A DNA stretch of 64,000 nt from Candidatus Binataceae bacterium (GTDB lineage Bacteria > Desulfobacterota > Binatia > Binatales > Binataceae): NCBI GenBank assembly GCA_036521875.1, contig DATDGX010000147.1, forward strand, positions 190-64,189, given 5' to 3'. How positions within the stretch are numbered: position 1 is the stretch's first letter; every line of letters begins with the position of its first letter. Under the pieces are notes generated by a model. That model had not been told where the DNA came from. It made no database searches and saw only the letters and a program-made list of their open reading frames with translations. Shown in pieces: positions 9,470 through 18,232 of the stretch. Position numbers and translations under genes: made by a program.

Positions 9470-9700
9470 ATGAAGGCGATCCAGTTCGATCGGCTCGGCG
9501 GGCCCGAGGTGATGCAGTTGCGCGAGGTCCCCGCGCCGGAACTCATTCCGGGAACCGTCCTCGTGCGCAATCACGTGATCGCGCTTAACTTCGGCGACAC
9601 GTTTTTCATTCGCGGCCGCTAGCTGGTGAAGCCCATGTTCCCGGACATTCGCGGGATGGAAGCCGCGGGCGCGATCGAGGCGCGGCTGCGGACGGGAAAA
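9470..9700 (+). pseudogene. Truncated quinone oxidoreductase / zinc-binding MDR-family gene remnant with in-frame amber stop
   Basis: MKAIQFDRLGGPEVMQLREVPAPELIPGTVLVRNHVIALNFGDTFFIRGR then TAG (9620-9622) where MDR proteins have a conserved Tyr. Same frame continues LVKPMFPDIRGMEAAGAIEA (the PxxxGxExAG motif) and then loses all similarity. No intact C-terminal Rossmann domain follows. Confidence 0.6.
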
Positions 9701-9832
9701 TCCTGCTGCTACCGAAGAGCGACCAGGTTGACAACGCGATCATATGAGCCCACTGACTATCCGGTCAGCGCACATCGTCGAGAGGCGAAGAATATGCGAA
9801 TAGCAACTTCGCGCGCTTTTATTCGCGCGAAC

Positions 9833-9895
9833 GCCTCGACGCGACTGCTGACCGGGCCTCGACGCGACTACTCAGTAGACCTCGACGAAACCAGG
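9833..9895. repeat. Imperfect tandem repeat (about 23 nt x 2.7) GCCTCGACGCGACTnnTnAnnnG
   Basis: gcctcgacgcgactgctgaccgg / gcctcgacgcgactactcagtag / acctcgacgaaaccagg, read directly. Lies in the degraded region after the qor remnant. Confidence 0.7.
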
Positions 9896-10021
9896 TAAAA
9901 TATTCCTCCCGAAAAACCACTGCTTCGTTAAATTTACCTTCCGAATCCTTTGCCGACGGCCCATGTTTGTTGGTTAATTTCCGGCATGTCCATTGCTCCC
10001 CTTCCCATTGAGGGCCTTATT

Positions 10022-10651
10022 ATGCAGAACGAACACCGGAATTTCAGGGGTCGTTTCCCTTCTCCGAAAGCTCTGATACTGGGCGGCGCGGCAATTCTTC
10101 TCTTGCCTCTCTCGCTCGTCGCGTGCAGTGGGGGGACGATCATGAACCCGCTTTCGTCGGCGCAGCCCGCGAGCCCGGGTCAGGTCGCGAGCGCGACTGT
10201 AGTACCCCAGAACGCGACCGGCGAAAAAATCCTGTTACACGGATTGCAGTTCAATCCGGATGGTTCGGTAATCCGACGCTCTTCCGATCCGATTCTTGAT
10301 TCGGCGGCTGACACCTTGAAGAGGCGGCCTGATACCAAGGTCTATGTCGATTCGTACTGCGATCCGACTGGCGGCAAGAAGGTGAACTCTCGACTATCGG
10401 GAGATCGCGCCATCGCCGTCGCGACTTATCTCCAACATAAAGGAATCGCTTCCGACCGCCTGGTTCCGCGCGGATTCGGCGCCACGGATTTTGTCGCGAG
10501 CAATGCCACCGCCGACGGGCGTGAGCAGAATCGCCGCGTCGAGCTGAAGCTGGTGCCGATCAGCCAACAGGCGAGTGCATCGAGTCCGAACGATTCGCTG
10601 TCGCATCGATTGTACTCACGCCTGTTCGGCAGTTCGTCTCAGGGTTCGTAA
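10022..10651 (+). CDS. OmpA-family lipoprotein
   Basis: Start ATG 10022 (MQNEHRNF...); signal peptide with lipobox LVACSG; C-terminal OmpA_C-like domain (YVDSYCDPTGGKKVNSRLSGDRA..V, NRRVEL). Confidence 0.8.
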   Translation: MQNEHRNFRGRFPSPKALILGGAAILLLPLSLVACSGGTIMNPLSSAQPASPGQVASATVVPQNATGEKILLHGLQFNPDGSVIRRSSDPILDSAADTLKRRPDTKVYVDSYCDPTGGKKVNSRLSGDRAIAVATYLQHKGIASDRLVPRGFGATDFVASNATADGREQNRRVELKLVPISQQASASSPNDSLSHRLYSRLFGSSSQGS

Positions 10652-10853
10652 GGCACGTCGCATCGGTTTATAGTAACCGATTCAAATACTCAGTACTGAA
10701 CACCGGGAGCCGGCACGCCGCCGGCTCCCGGTGCATTTGGATATTGCTATTGGTGCCGGAGCCGCTTCCCTGACGCGTCGTCTTGCCGCAGACTCAACGT
10801 CGGAGTCGCGCAAGTTAGGAGTCGCGACAGTTTGCAGGAAGGCGAAGGCAACT

Positions 10854-11897
10854 TTGAAACTCTCGATAGTCGATCAATCGCCGGTACCGGCCGGGTCCAC
10901 GCCGGCGGATGCGCTGCACAACACGATCGATCTCGCGCGCGTGGCCGAGCGGCTCGGCTACGAGCGCTACTGGATCGCCGAGCATCACTCGACCGCCGCT
11001 TTCGCGAGCCCGGCGCCCGAGATTCTTCTCGCCAGAGTGGGTGCCGAGACTTCGACTATTCGCATCGGCTCGGGCGGCGTGCTGTTGCCGCACTACAGTC
11101 CGATGAAGGTGGCGGAGACATTCCGGATGCTTCACGCGCTGTACCCGGGCCGCATCGACCTCGGCATCGGGCGCGCGCCCGGCGGCACTCCGCTCGACAC
11201 CTATGCCTTGCGGCGCGACCGCGGCGAGGAATCGCCCGCCGACGACTTCCCGAAACAGTTGATGGAGCTGCTCGCATTTCTGCATGGCGGCTTCCGGTCC
11301 GATCACCCGTTCAGCCGGATCGAGCTCTCGCCCGCGATGCCCGGAGCACCGGTAGTGTGGATGCTCGGCTCGAGCATGTGGAGCGCGGCAGCCGCGGCGC
11401 AAGTGGGCCTGCCGTATGCGTTCGCGCACTTCATCGATCCGCAGCCAACCCGCAACGCGATCGAGTATTATCGCTCGCACTTCCTCCGCTCGGACGAGCT
11501 CGCCGAGCCCAACGCGATCGTGTCGGTCGGCGCAATCTGCGCCGATACCGAGGCCGAGGCGCAGCGCCTGTTCGCGAGCGTGCGGCTGTTCGGCCGCCGC
11601 ATCCGGACGGGCAGGGCGCGCGGCCCGATCCCGACGCCGGAAGAAGCGCTCGAGGAACTGGGCTCGGAGACCGGACCGACGCGGCCCGAAACCGGCGAAT
11701 GGCCGCGCATCTTCGTCGGCACTTGCGAGCAGATTCGCGATCAGCTCATCGACATGGCCAGCGTGCTTCACGTCGAAGAGGTGATGGTGGTGACGGTGGT
11801 GCACGACCACCAGGCGCGCATCCGCTCCTACCAGCTACTCGCGGAGGCTTTCGATCTGAAGCCGCGCGCCGAGCCCGCGCCGATCGCGCCGAAATAG
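10854..11897 (+). CDS. LLM-class flavin-dependent oxidoreductase (luciferase-like monooxygenase)
   Basis: LKLSIVDQSP...YERYWIAEHH...IRIGSGGVLLPHYSPMKVAE is the typical N-terminal signature. Start set at TTG 10854 with GAAGG RBS; the track ORF 10731.. is an upstream extension with no ATG near the conserved N-terminus. Confidence 0.75.
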   Translation: MKLSIVDQSPVPAGSTPADALHNTIDLARVAERLGYERYWIAEHHSTAAFASPAPEILLARVGAETSTIRIGSGGVLLPHYSPMKVAETFRMLHALYPGRIDLGIGRAPGGTPLDTYALRRDRGEESPADDFPKQLMELLAFLHGGFRSDHPFSRIELSPAMPGAPVVWMLGSSMWSAAAAAQVGLPYAFAHFIDPQPTRNAIEYYRSHFLRSDELAEPNAIVSVGAICADTEAEAQRLFASVRLFGRRIRTGRARGPIPTPEEALEELGSETGPTRPETGEWPRIFVGTCEQIRDQLIDMASVLHVEEVMVVTVVHDHQARIRSYQLLAEAFDLKPRAEPAPIAPK

Positions 11898-11988
11898 CCG
11901 GCGACCTCGTGGATGCGCGCCTTGTGCGGCCGCGGAAATTCCTCTCGCAGTCCGGACGGCGATCGCGACACCGATCGCGTGCGAAGAC

Positions 11989-12414
11989 TTACAGCAGGCG
12001 AGTATCCTCCGCCGGTTGATCGAACCGATCATGGCGGCCATCGGCATATCTGATCGGTCCCGCCGCGAGCTCGTTGGGATCGGCGTCATCGAGCGACGCA
12101 ACCGAGACGAAGTAAAACCTGCCCCCCATCGATTCGTGCTCCCCCCACCCGAAGGCGCGGACGCCGCACGTTCTGCAGAAGTGGTAGTGCAGGAACGCGC
12201 CGGGCCGGCCCGGAGGCACCCACTGATATTCCGCCTGCGCGTCAGCTCCCGCGAGCAGGCGAAAGCGATCCGCAGGCTTCACGAACACAAACCACGCGCG
12301 CGACTTGGTGCACATCGAGCAGTTGCACTTATTGGTGCCCGCGCTGAGATCGATGTCGGCCTGGAAGCGTACGGCGCCGCAATGACAGCTTCCCGAGTAG
12401 GTTTTCAAAGCCAC
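11989..12414 (-). CDS. GFA-family protein (glutathione-dependent formaldehyde-activating / CENP-V-like Zn-ribbon)
   Basis: YSGSCHCGAVRF...CNCSMC...C.TCG zinc-binding Cys pattern. Proposed start GTG 12412-12414 (MALKTYSGSCHCG) with GGAGGA RBS 6 nt upstream (12421-12426); the ATG at 12427-12429 would place the RBS inside the coding sequence. Confidence 0.75.
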   Translation of the reverse strand: MALKTYSGSCHCGAVRFQADIDLSAGTNKCNCSMCTKSRAWFVFVKPADRFRLLAGADAQAEYQWVPPGRPGAFLHYHFCRTCGVRAFGWGEHESMGGRFYFVSVASLDDADPNELAAGPIRYADGRHDRFDQPAEDTRLL

Positions 12415-12555
12415 GGTTGGTCCTCCCATGCGCACCGCGCGGTCCGAGGTGAGCCAGCGCGGCGCGCCGCTTCTGGTCGAAGAGCAGCACGCGAATTGCC
12501 CTGCACCAGCCATCCATTACCCCGCGGAGCCGACGCGGGCAATCTCGAATGAAGA
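12400..12555 (-). repeat. Copy A of about 150-bp direct repeat (GFA 5' end plus upstream leader)
   Basis: Near-identical to 17327-17500 apart from a 20-nt divergent patch (12452-12471) and a roughly 30-nt indel. Confidence 0.85.
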
Positions 12556-12986
12556 TTCCCGCGACTTCCTTGTAGGAGCTGTGTGTAGATTAGATTCGAT
12601 CCAGCCATCGACAACGGTCTTGCTGGATCAGCTTGGGAGCCAACAACGGAAATCACCGCGAACCAACGGCGATTCTTTTCTCTACGGATCCGACGATCTC
12701 TCGAATGTTGCGCCAGTAACGGGCATCTTCTCGCCAAGGTAATTTCCCGTGACACCGATGTTTCTAATCCCCCTTGCTCCGCCACCGAGTCGCAGCGTTC
12801 TGGCTTCTCTTCGACCGACCCTCCAGAGAGCGCCCTTTTTCGGGCTTGCGTGTGAATTCACGGTTGGCGTGGCACTCGCAGAGAGTAAGATGTTTGCGCT
12901 CTCCGCGAAAATGAGCCACTTTTCTCTTCAGCAACACGGAATCAGAGGCATTACCCGTTGTCGATCTGGGGTTGAGATAGAGGCTC

Positions 12987-13376
12987 ATGATCGTCGAAAA
13001 CGATTTGGCTTCCAGCAGCACACGGATGGTTATTTTTTGGGGACCAGGCGTGCTCGCGCTGGTCTTCGCCGCGCAGCTCGGCTGGTGGGGACACACGATC
13101 GGCTGGACGGCGGGACTGCTCTGGCTTGCGGCTATCTGCCTGTGGAACAGCGCTCGCTGCCGAAGAGTTCACTGCATCTTCACCGGCCCGTTTTTCCTCG
13201 CCATGGCGGTTGTCACTCTGCTCGTGGGCTTCAGGGTTTTCTCGCTGGGAGACAGTGCGTGGAAACTGCTGGGCGATACGATTCTGATTGGCGGTATTGT
13301 TCTCTGCTTCGGTTCGGAACTGATTTGGGGCCGCTACTGGCGGAGCGTGCAAAGGGAGCCCAACGCCAGCACCTAA
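12987..13376 (+). CDS. Hypothetical 4-TM membrane protein
   Basis: 129-aa ORF with four hydrophobic helices and a CRRVHC..TGPFF motif. Sits in a lower-GC patch and is divergently oriented from GFA. No family recognised. Confidence 0.35.
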   Translation: MIVENDLASSSTRMVIFWGPGVLALVFAAQLGWWGHTIGWTAGLLWLAAICLWNSARCRRVHCIFTGPFFLAMAVVTLLVGFRVFSLGDSAWKLLGDTILIGGIVLCFGSELIWGRYWRSVQREPNAST

Positions 13377-13603
13377 TTGCTTGGATCGGTAAACAGCATG
13401 CGCAGCGCGCGGAGTCTCATCGCTCTACTCCGGCGTCCGGCTTTTTCCGTCGCGCTTTTGCATCGGCGCGGTCAGAGAGTCCTTAGAGGGCTCTTTTGGT
13501 TACATGCGACACATGAGCGCGACGTACCGAATGACCAACAGTGAATCGGAGCATTACCCAATCGATGGCGGAAGAGCGCGCAATCAAGTTGAACGTCACT
13601 CGG

Positions 13604-13657
13604 CGGCGGCGAAGTTCGACCTCGAGTTGGTGTTCACGCACCAGGATATGCGGATGA
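13604..13657. repeat. Inverted repeat, left arm (about 54 bp)
   Basis: Its reverse complement matches 15041-15096 at about 49/55 positions (core ATCCGCATnTCCTGnTGCGTGAACACCAACTCGAGGTCGAACT). Confidence 0.85.
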
Positions 13658-13723
13658 CGAAACGGGATAATAGCGCTGCGGTGTCGCGGCGCGCGGCGGA
13701 CCTGACGCTTCAACTCTCGCGGA

Positions 13724-14866
13724 CTAGGCTATTGCGCGGATCGATTCGACCACCGATCGGCGTACGGAACCAATCGCGGGGACCAATCCAGCCACTGCCC
13801 CGATGGCAATCGACATAACAAAGGCCTGCGCAACCACCAATGGCGAAACAATCGCGAGCAGATCTACCGGTCCCAGCGGCAGAAATGCGAACGGCAGAAC
13901 CTTCGCGACAAGAAAAGTTGCCGCGCACCCAAGCGCGCCTCCCACGACGCCCAAGAACGCTGATTCGGCGACCGTCAGGCACAGGACCAGCGCGGGACTG
14001 AAACCGATCGCACGCATGACGGCGATTTCAGTATGCCTCTCGCGCACGGCTATCACCACGGTGTTGAGCGCGACCAATGCGACCGCGGCCACGACGAGGA
14101 TAGCCATCGCTCGGAGCATCGCGAAAAGCGTGTCGAAGTTGACGAAGTTGGCAAACCACGAGGCCTCGGATTGGCTATGAGTCTCCGCCGCCGAGTTTGA
14201 GAATATCTCATCGATCGCAGCGATCGCCGAGGGCACCGAATCGGCGCGATCGAGCATCACGTGATATGCATTCACGGACGGGCGCCCAGCCAGCGACCGT
14301 TCCAGGTAGTCGCGGCGAAAGAGCAAAGCGTCAGGCGGCGCGCTGGCACCCAAGGTGTCGGCGATTCGCAGTGTCACATCCACTGGCACAATGGTGCCCT
14401 TGAGGATGATCTGCTCGCCGACGTGCCAGCCGTACTTTCGCAGCATCGCCGCCGGTACGAGACATGCCATCGTGCTGGCGCGGAACTCGCTCGCCCGCTT
14501 CGGAGTGACGCCCCAATCCGGCCACATCAATTCCGCCTGGTCCGCGTCGACCGCGATTCCGAGTTGGTCACTGGGACTACGGTAGACTCCGCCGAAGTAC
14601 ACTAGTCCCGAAGCTGCAACGACGTGCGGCGCCGCGAGAATTTTTCGCTTGTACGAATCGGGCAGAGGATTGAAAAATCCCGAGGCGCTCATCACCGCGA
14701 TTCGCCGTGCGGAATCGGGCGTGCTCAGCATTCGGCGGGTGACGTTTGGCAGGCTTGACAGCGACGAGTAAGTGAACGCCGCCAAGGCAATCGCCAAGGT
14801 GGTGAGAACCGTCCGTCGCGGACTGCGGCGCAGGTTCCTCCACACCAGCATCGCAAACTTCATCAC
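13724..14866 (-). CDS. ABC transporter permease, FtsX/MacB-like (orphan; no ATPase gene adjacent)
   Basis: 380 aa; N-terminal TM, large periplasmic domain, C-terminal FtsX 3-4 TM bundle (AVMRAIGFSPALV...). Confidence 0.8.
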   Translation of the reverse strand: MMKFAMLVWRNLRRSPRRTVLTTLAIALAAFTYSSLSSLPNVTRRMLSTPDSARRIAVMSASGFFNPLPDSYKRKILAAPHVVAASGLVYFGGVYRSPSDQLGIAVDADQAELMWPDWGVTPKRASEFRASTMACLVPAAMLRKYGWHVGEQIILKGTIVPVDVTLRIADTLGASAPPDALLFRRDYLERSLAGRPSVNAYHVMLDRADSVPSAIAAIDEIFSNSAAETHSQSEASWFANFVNFDTLFAMLRAMAILVVAAVALVALNTVVIAVRERHTEIAVMRAIGFSPALVLCLTVAESAFLGVVGGALGCAATFLVAKVLPFAFLPLGPVDLLAIVSPLVVAQAFVMSIAIGAVAGLVPAIGSVRRSVVESIRAIA

Positions 14867-14869
14867 TGG

Positions 14870-15577
14870 CTAACCAGCCGCGTCACTCGGCGGCAGCGCG
14901 GAGCTTGATCGAATCGAGCCCCGAGCGCGCTTCGTCCATCGCTTGTTGGCGGAGGCCGAAATACAAAGCGATCGCGCGATCCGCCTTGAACAGATGATAG
15001 GACGAGATAACGTCAGGATGGTTGCGCTGCTGGCTCGCGAGCATCCGCATGTCCTGATGCGTGAACACCAACTCGAGGTCGAACTCCGCAGCCAGCCACG
15101 CAACGGTTCCGCCGCCCAGCCATCCCGCAGGAATGAAACGGGATAGTCACGCTGCACGGTGCTGGTTCGCGGGCCTGGATCCGCCGCTTCGGGAAATCTC
15201 GGGATTTCCGTGGCGGAATCACCGTACCAATAACAGACGAGACCGTGCGCCTCGCGGACCTGGCGCGTCGGCAAATCGAAACCGCCCGGCACCGGCTGGC
15301 CATCGCGTTGGCGGGAATCAGCACGCAGCGGCCGGCGGAATCGAAGCGCAGTCCATGAAACGGACATACCTAGGCAGTCGTCGCGGACCCAGCCCAGGCT
15401 TAGTTGCGGCGCGCGATGCGGGCAGCGGTCGGTCATGCACACGGCGGCGCCGCTCCGGTCGCGCCACAACACCAGTCGCTCGCTCAGGCGCGTGATACCG
15501 ACCGGTTTGCGCCGTTTCAATTTCGTGCTGTCGAAGATCGGATACCACTGATTAAGAGTCAAATCGTTGGGAGTCAT
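14870..15577 (-). pseudogene. Rieske [2Fe-2S] non-heme-iron oxygenase alpha-subunit remnant (VanA-like), frameshifted and C-terminally truncated
   Basis: First Rieske box CPHRAPQLSLG is intact. Second box CPFHGLRFDSAGRCV is only readable in the +1 frame (about 15330-15390), and the frame then returns (GQPVPGGFDLPTRQV..GLVCYWYGD). No catalytic domain with the Fe-binding His/Asp motif follows before the FtsX gene. Confidence 0.6.
15041..15096. repeat. Inverted repeat, right arm (about 56 bp)
   Basis: Partner of 13604-13657. Lies inside the 3' part of the Rieske remnant, 175 nt upstream of the FtsX start. Confidence 0.85.
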
Positions 15578-16236
15578 GGGTCCTCCTTTGATAGTGCGCT
15601 GGCGCGAGGAAACAATCCACGCAGGACGATCGTGGTGCCGCGGTAGATTTCGTTGCGCACCATCTCGGCGCTGATCGCGTCGTTCATCAGATAGGCGGTC
15701 AACCAGGTGAAGCAGACGCTGTAGAGGACCGTCGCCACGGGCATCGGTTCTGTGTCAGATGCGAGAACGCCGTTGCTCCGGTATCGCTCGAGCAGCGTTT
15801 CGAGCTGAGAAACCAGGTGCGCGTCAGCTTCGAACAGGCGCTGCCCTACCGTGGATGGCTCCGCGATCGCGGCGCCGAAAAGTTCGCGCCATAGCCGCCG
15901 ATCCTCACGCGTGAAGTCGTCAAGAAAAATTCCGGTCAACGCGGACACCGCCGCGACCGGGTCGCGCGTAGGGTCGTCGAGGATCTTCCGCCCGCGAGCA
16001 AGCACCGATTCGGTTTCACCCCGGATGATCGCGAACAGCAGCGCGGACTTGGAGGGGAAGTAGTTGTAGATGGTGCCGACCGCGAGGCCCGCGCGCTCGG
16101 CGACGTCTTCCATCGCGGTCTCGGCGTAGCTTTTTCTGGCGAACAATTTCCGCGCTGCCGCGACAATACGGCACTCGCGATCCTGCTTCTGGCGGTCGCG
16201 GAATCCAGGTGGCCGCTCAGCTAAAGATGAATCCAT
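15574..16236 (-). CDS. TetR/AcrR-family transcriptional regulator
   Basis: N-terminal HTH (AARKLFARKSYAETAMEDVAERAGLAVGTIYNYFPSKSALL). Stop overlaps the start of the Rieske remnant. Confidence 0.85.
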   Translation of the reverse strand: MDSSLAERPPGFRDRQKQDRECRIVAAARKLFARKSYAETAMEDVAERAGLAVGTIYNYFPSKSALLFAIIRGETESVLARGRKILDDPTRDPVAAVSALTGIFLDDFTREDRRLWRELFGAAIAEPSTVGQRLFEADAHLVSQLETLLERYRSNGVLASDTEPMPVATVLYSVCFTWLTAYLMNDAISAEMVRNEIYRGTTIVLRGLFPRASALSKEDP

Positions 16237-17326
16237 TCATTGTGTTTTTAGCGCCGATCGGCGCCCATGTCAAGAAACCTGAATCGATTCATCTTTGGTC
16301 GTAAGACCACTTCGGGTGGCGCTCACGGTGAGCGAGGTGGGAAGCGCGGCGTCATCTTCGACGAAGAACATGACTGTATCTGATTAAACGGTGTGCGCGC
16401 GATTCGTCCCCATCTTTAGCGCCGGCGCCGTAGCGGTTGTTCATGCAAATCGCGCGACTCCGATCGCCGAATCGCTGGCCAGCTTCTCGACCAGCTCGTC
16501 GCCGCCATGCGCTTCGACTCCGCACCGCACTTGGAGGCGATGGCGCTGCAATTGAGCGCAGTAATGTAACCCGGTGAAGAACCATCACCGCAGAGCTTAG
16601 AGGTTGGTCGGTTGCCACTCAACTCGCTAGAAGAGGTACCGTTCCTGTTTTCGAGGGCTCAGCGGCTCGCACGCTGAATTCCTGGCGGAGGGAGGTGAAT
16701 TCGAACTCGCGGTACCGATTCTGAAACTTCCAGACGACAGCTCTTAGTGATGATTTTCGAAACTGCTCGACGAGCGACCGGGACGCCCTTTCCTCAAGTC
16801 TACCAACAACGGCTCATCAGAATGTCGTCGAACTAAACAACCAGCTGTCTTGGGTTGAGATTGGGCGGGCGGTTGGATTCACGATTTTCTGTGCTCCTCT
16901 TCGGCTTCGCGCGAAATCAGTCTCCACTTTCTCCTACGAGTCGGAACCTGCCTACTGAGCGATAGGAATTGAGCTGAGTCAGTGTCGAATTGTTCGCCCG
17001 ACTCGTCTTCTTGCGCTTCGTCCATGCGTCGCAATCGATCCATCAGTTCAGCTTTTGACTGGGGAGACGGGTCCGGCTCGCGGGTCATTCGCTTTCGCCA
17101 GTCGGGTAGAAAGCGGTCTCATAGCCGCGACGTGAGAAAGTCATCGTCGAGCGGAGGGTGCGGAGCGAAACTATAGATGCCTCTGTCGAGCACCTCCGGC
17201 GGCAGGGCCGAGTAATACTCATTGAGCTTCGCGAGGTCCGCCTTCAACTCGTCACCTGGAATGAACGCCTGTCGGTCGGTCAGGAACAGGGGAACGGTGC
17301 GCATGTGAAGTCCATCGTCGGAGGGA

Positions 17327-17500
17327 GGTTTTCAAAGCCACGGTTGGTCCTCCAATGCGCACCGCGCGGTCCGAGGCGAACCGCCGCCGCGCGCTGCTTC
17401 TGGTCGAAGAGCAGCACGCGAATTGCCCTGCACCAGCCATCCATTACCCCGCGGAGTTGACGCGGGCAATCGCGGACTTCAGTAACTGATTGCGTTGCGC
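17327..17500 (-). repeat. Copy B of about 150-bp direct repeat (truncated duplicate of GFA 5' end)
   Basis: Retains GGAGGA-N6-GTG and the first codons VALKT of GFA, then diverges. Sits in a gene-poor region. Confidence 0.85.
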
Positions 17501-17839
17501 GCTGAATGAAGATCTCGCGCAGGCGGACATTGTCGGCCTTGATGGTGGGCGATCCGCCGCCCCAGTCGTCGCCGGGGGTGGGCTGGCGGTAGCGCTGCTT
17601 GCCCAGTCGCAGCTCCCACAGGTGCTGATTGTGCCTACCCATGGCGGCCTGGACGACGTCATGCACCTGAAGTTGACTTTGAGGGCTGGGCGCAGGAACG
17701 ATGGCTTCAAGGGGCGAAGGGTGCCGGCGGCGGAAGGGGGCGCAGTCTCGCGTCGCTTGTCCGCGTGGAGCGGTCGTGATGGAAGCTCCGCGATGCTAGT
17801 CAGAACCACGGATGGGCGCGCCTGAACTCGCCCCACTGT

Positions 17840-18232
17840 ATGCGAGTGCAAGGAGACGAGATGGACGAGGACCACCAGTCGATCGATGAACAAACGGTGA
17901 GGAAGCTCGATCAGTCATGGAATCAGGTCTACCTACGTAACGATCGCTCCGCGTTTGCCGAAATTCTGGCCGACGACTTCTGTGTGACTCTCGCCGACGG
18001 TCGAACGGGAGGCAAGGTCGATATGATGAAACCTACCCCAGAGGGAGCGAAGGTGAGCTTCAGCGAACCTGGCGTCCAGATTTTCTCTCCTACCGCGGTG
18101 ACCCGAGGGCGGGTTCGAATCGAGCATCCCGACCGGGTGGTGGATCAGCGGTACGTGCGCGTGTACTCGAAGCGGGCCAAAGGTTGGCAGGCAGTGTGCG
18201 TATTCGTCTTCCCGGTCGGTGAGGAAGTGTAG
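17840..18232 (+). CDS. Nuclear transport factor 2 (SnoaL/DUF4440-like) family protein
   Basis: VRKLDQSWNQVYLRNDRSAFAEILADDFCVTLADG is the usual N-terminal signature of DUF4440/SnoaL-like proteins; 130 aa. Confidence 0.6.
   Translation: MRVQGDEMDEDHQSIDEQTVRKLDQSWNQVYLRNDRSAFAEILADDFCVTLADGRTGGKVDMMKPTPEGAKVSFSEPGVQIFSPTAVTRGRVRIEHPDRVVDQRYVRVYSKRAKGWQAVCVFVFPVGEEV

Noticed and set aside
9807-9830. Perfect 8-bp stem hairpin TTCGCGCG-cttttatt-CGCGCGAA
   Set aside because: No U/T-tract follows on either strand, so it is not a canonical intrinsic terminator. Kept only as part of the qor-scar description.
10832-12019. 395-aa plus-strand ORF overlapping the LLM oxidoreductase in a different frame
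   Set aside because: Arg/Gly/Ala-rich shadow frame of a confidently identified gene; no domain signature.
12016-12552. 178-aa plus-strand ORF antisense to the GFA gene
   Set aside because: Antisense shadow of the GFA gene and its repeat-bearing leader; no motif support.
12749-13486. 245-aa plus-strand ORF spanning the low-GC patch
   Set aside because: It overlaps the better-supported 4-TM ORF (12987-13376) in another frame and has no hydrophobic or domain pattern; probably spurious.
16650-16720. tRNA-like 3' motif GGTGAATTCGAACTCGCGG
   Set aside because: The T-loop-like TTCGAA is not flanked by a complementary 5-bp stem, and no acceptor or anticodon arms can be built. It is not a tRNA, and at most a fragment.
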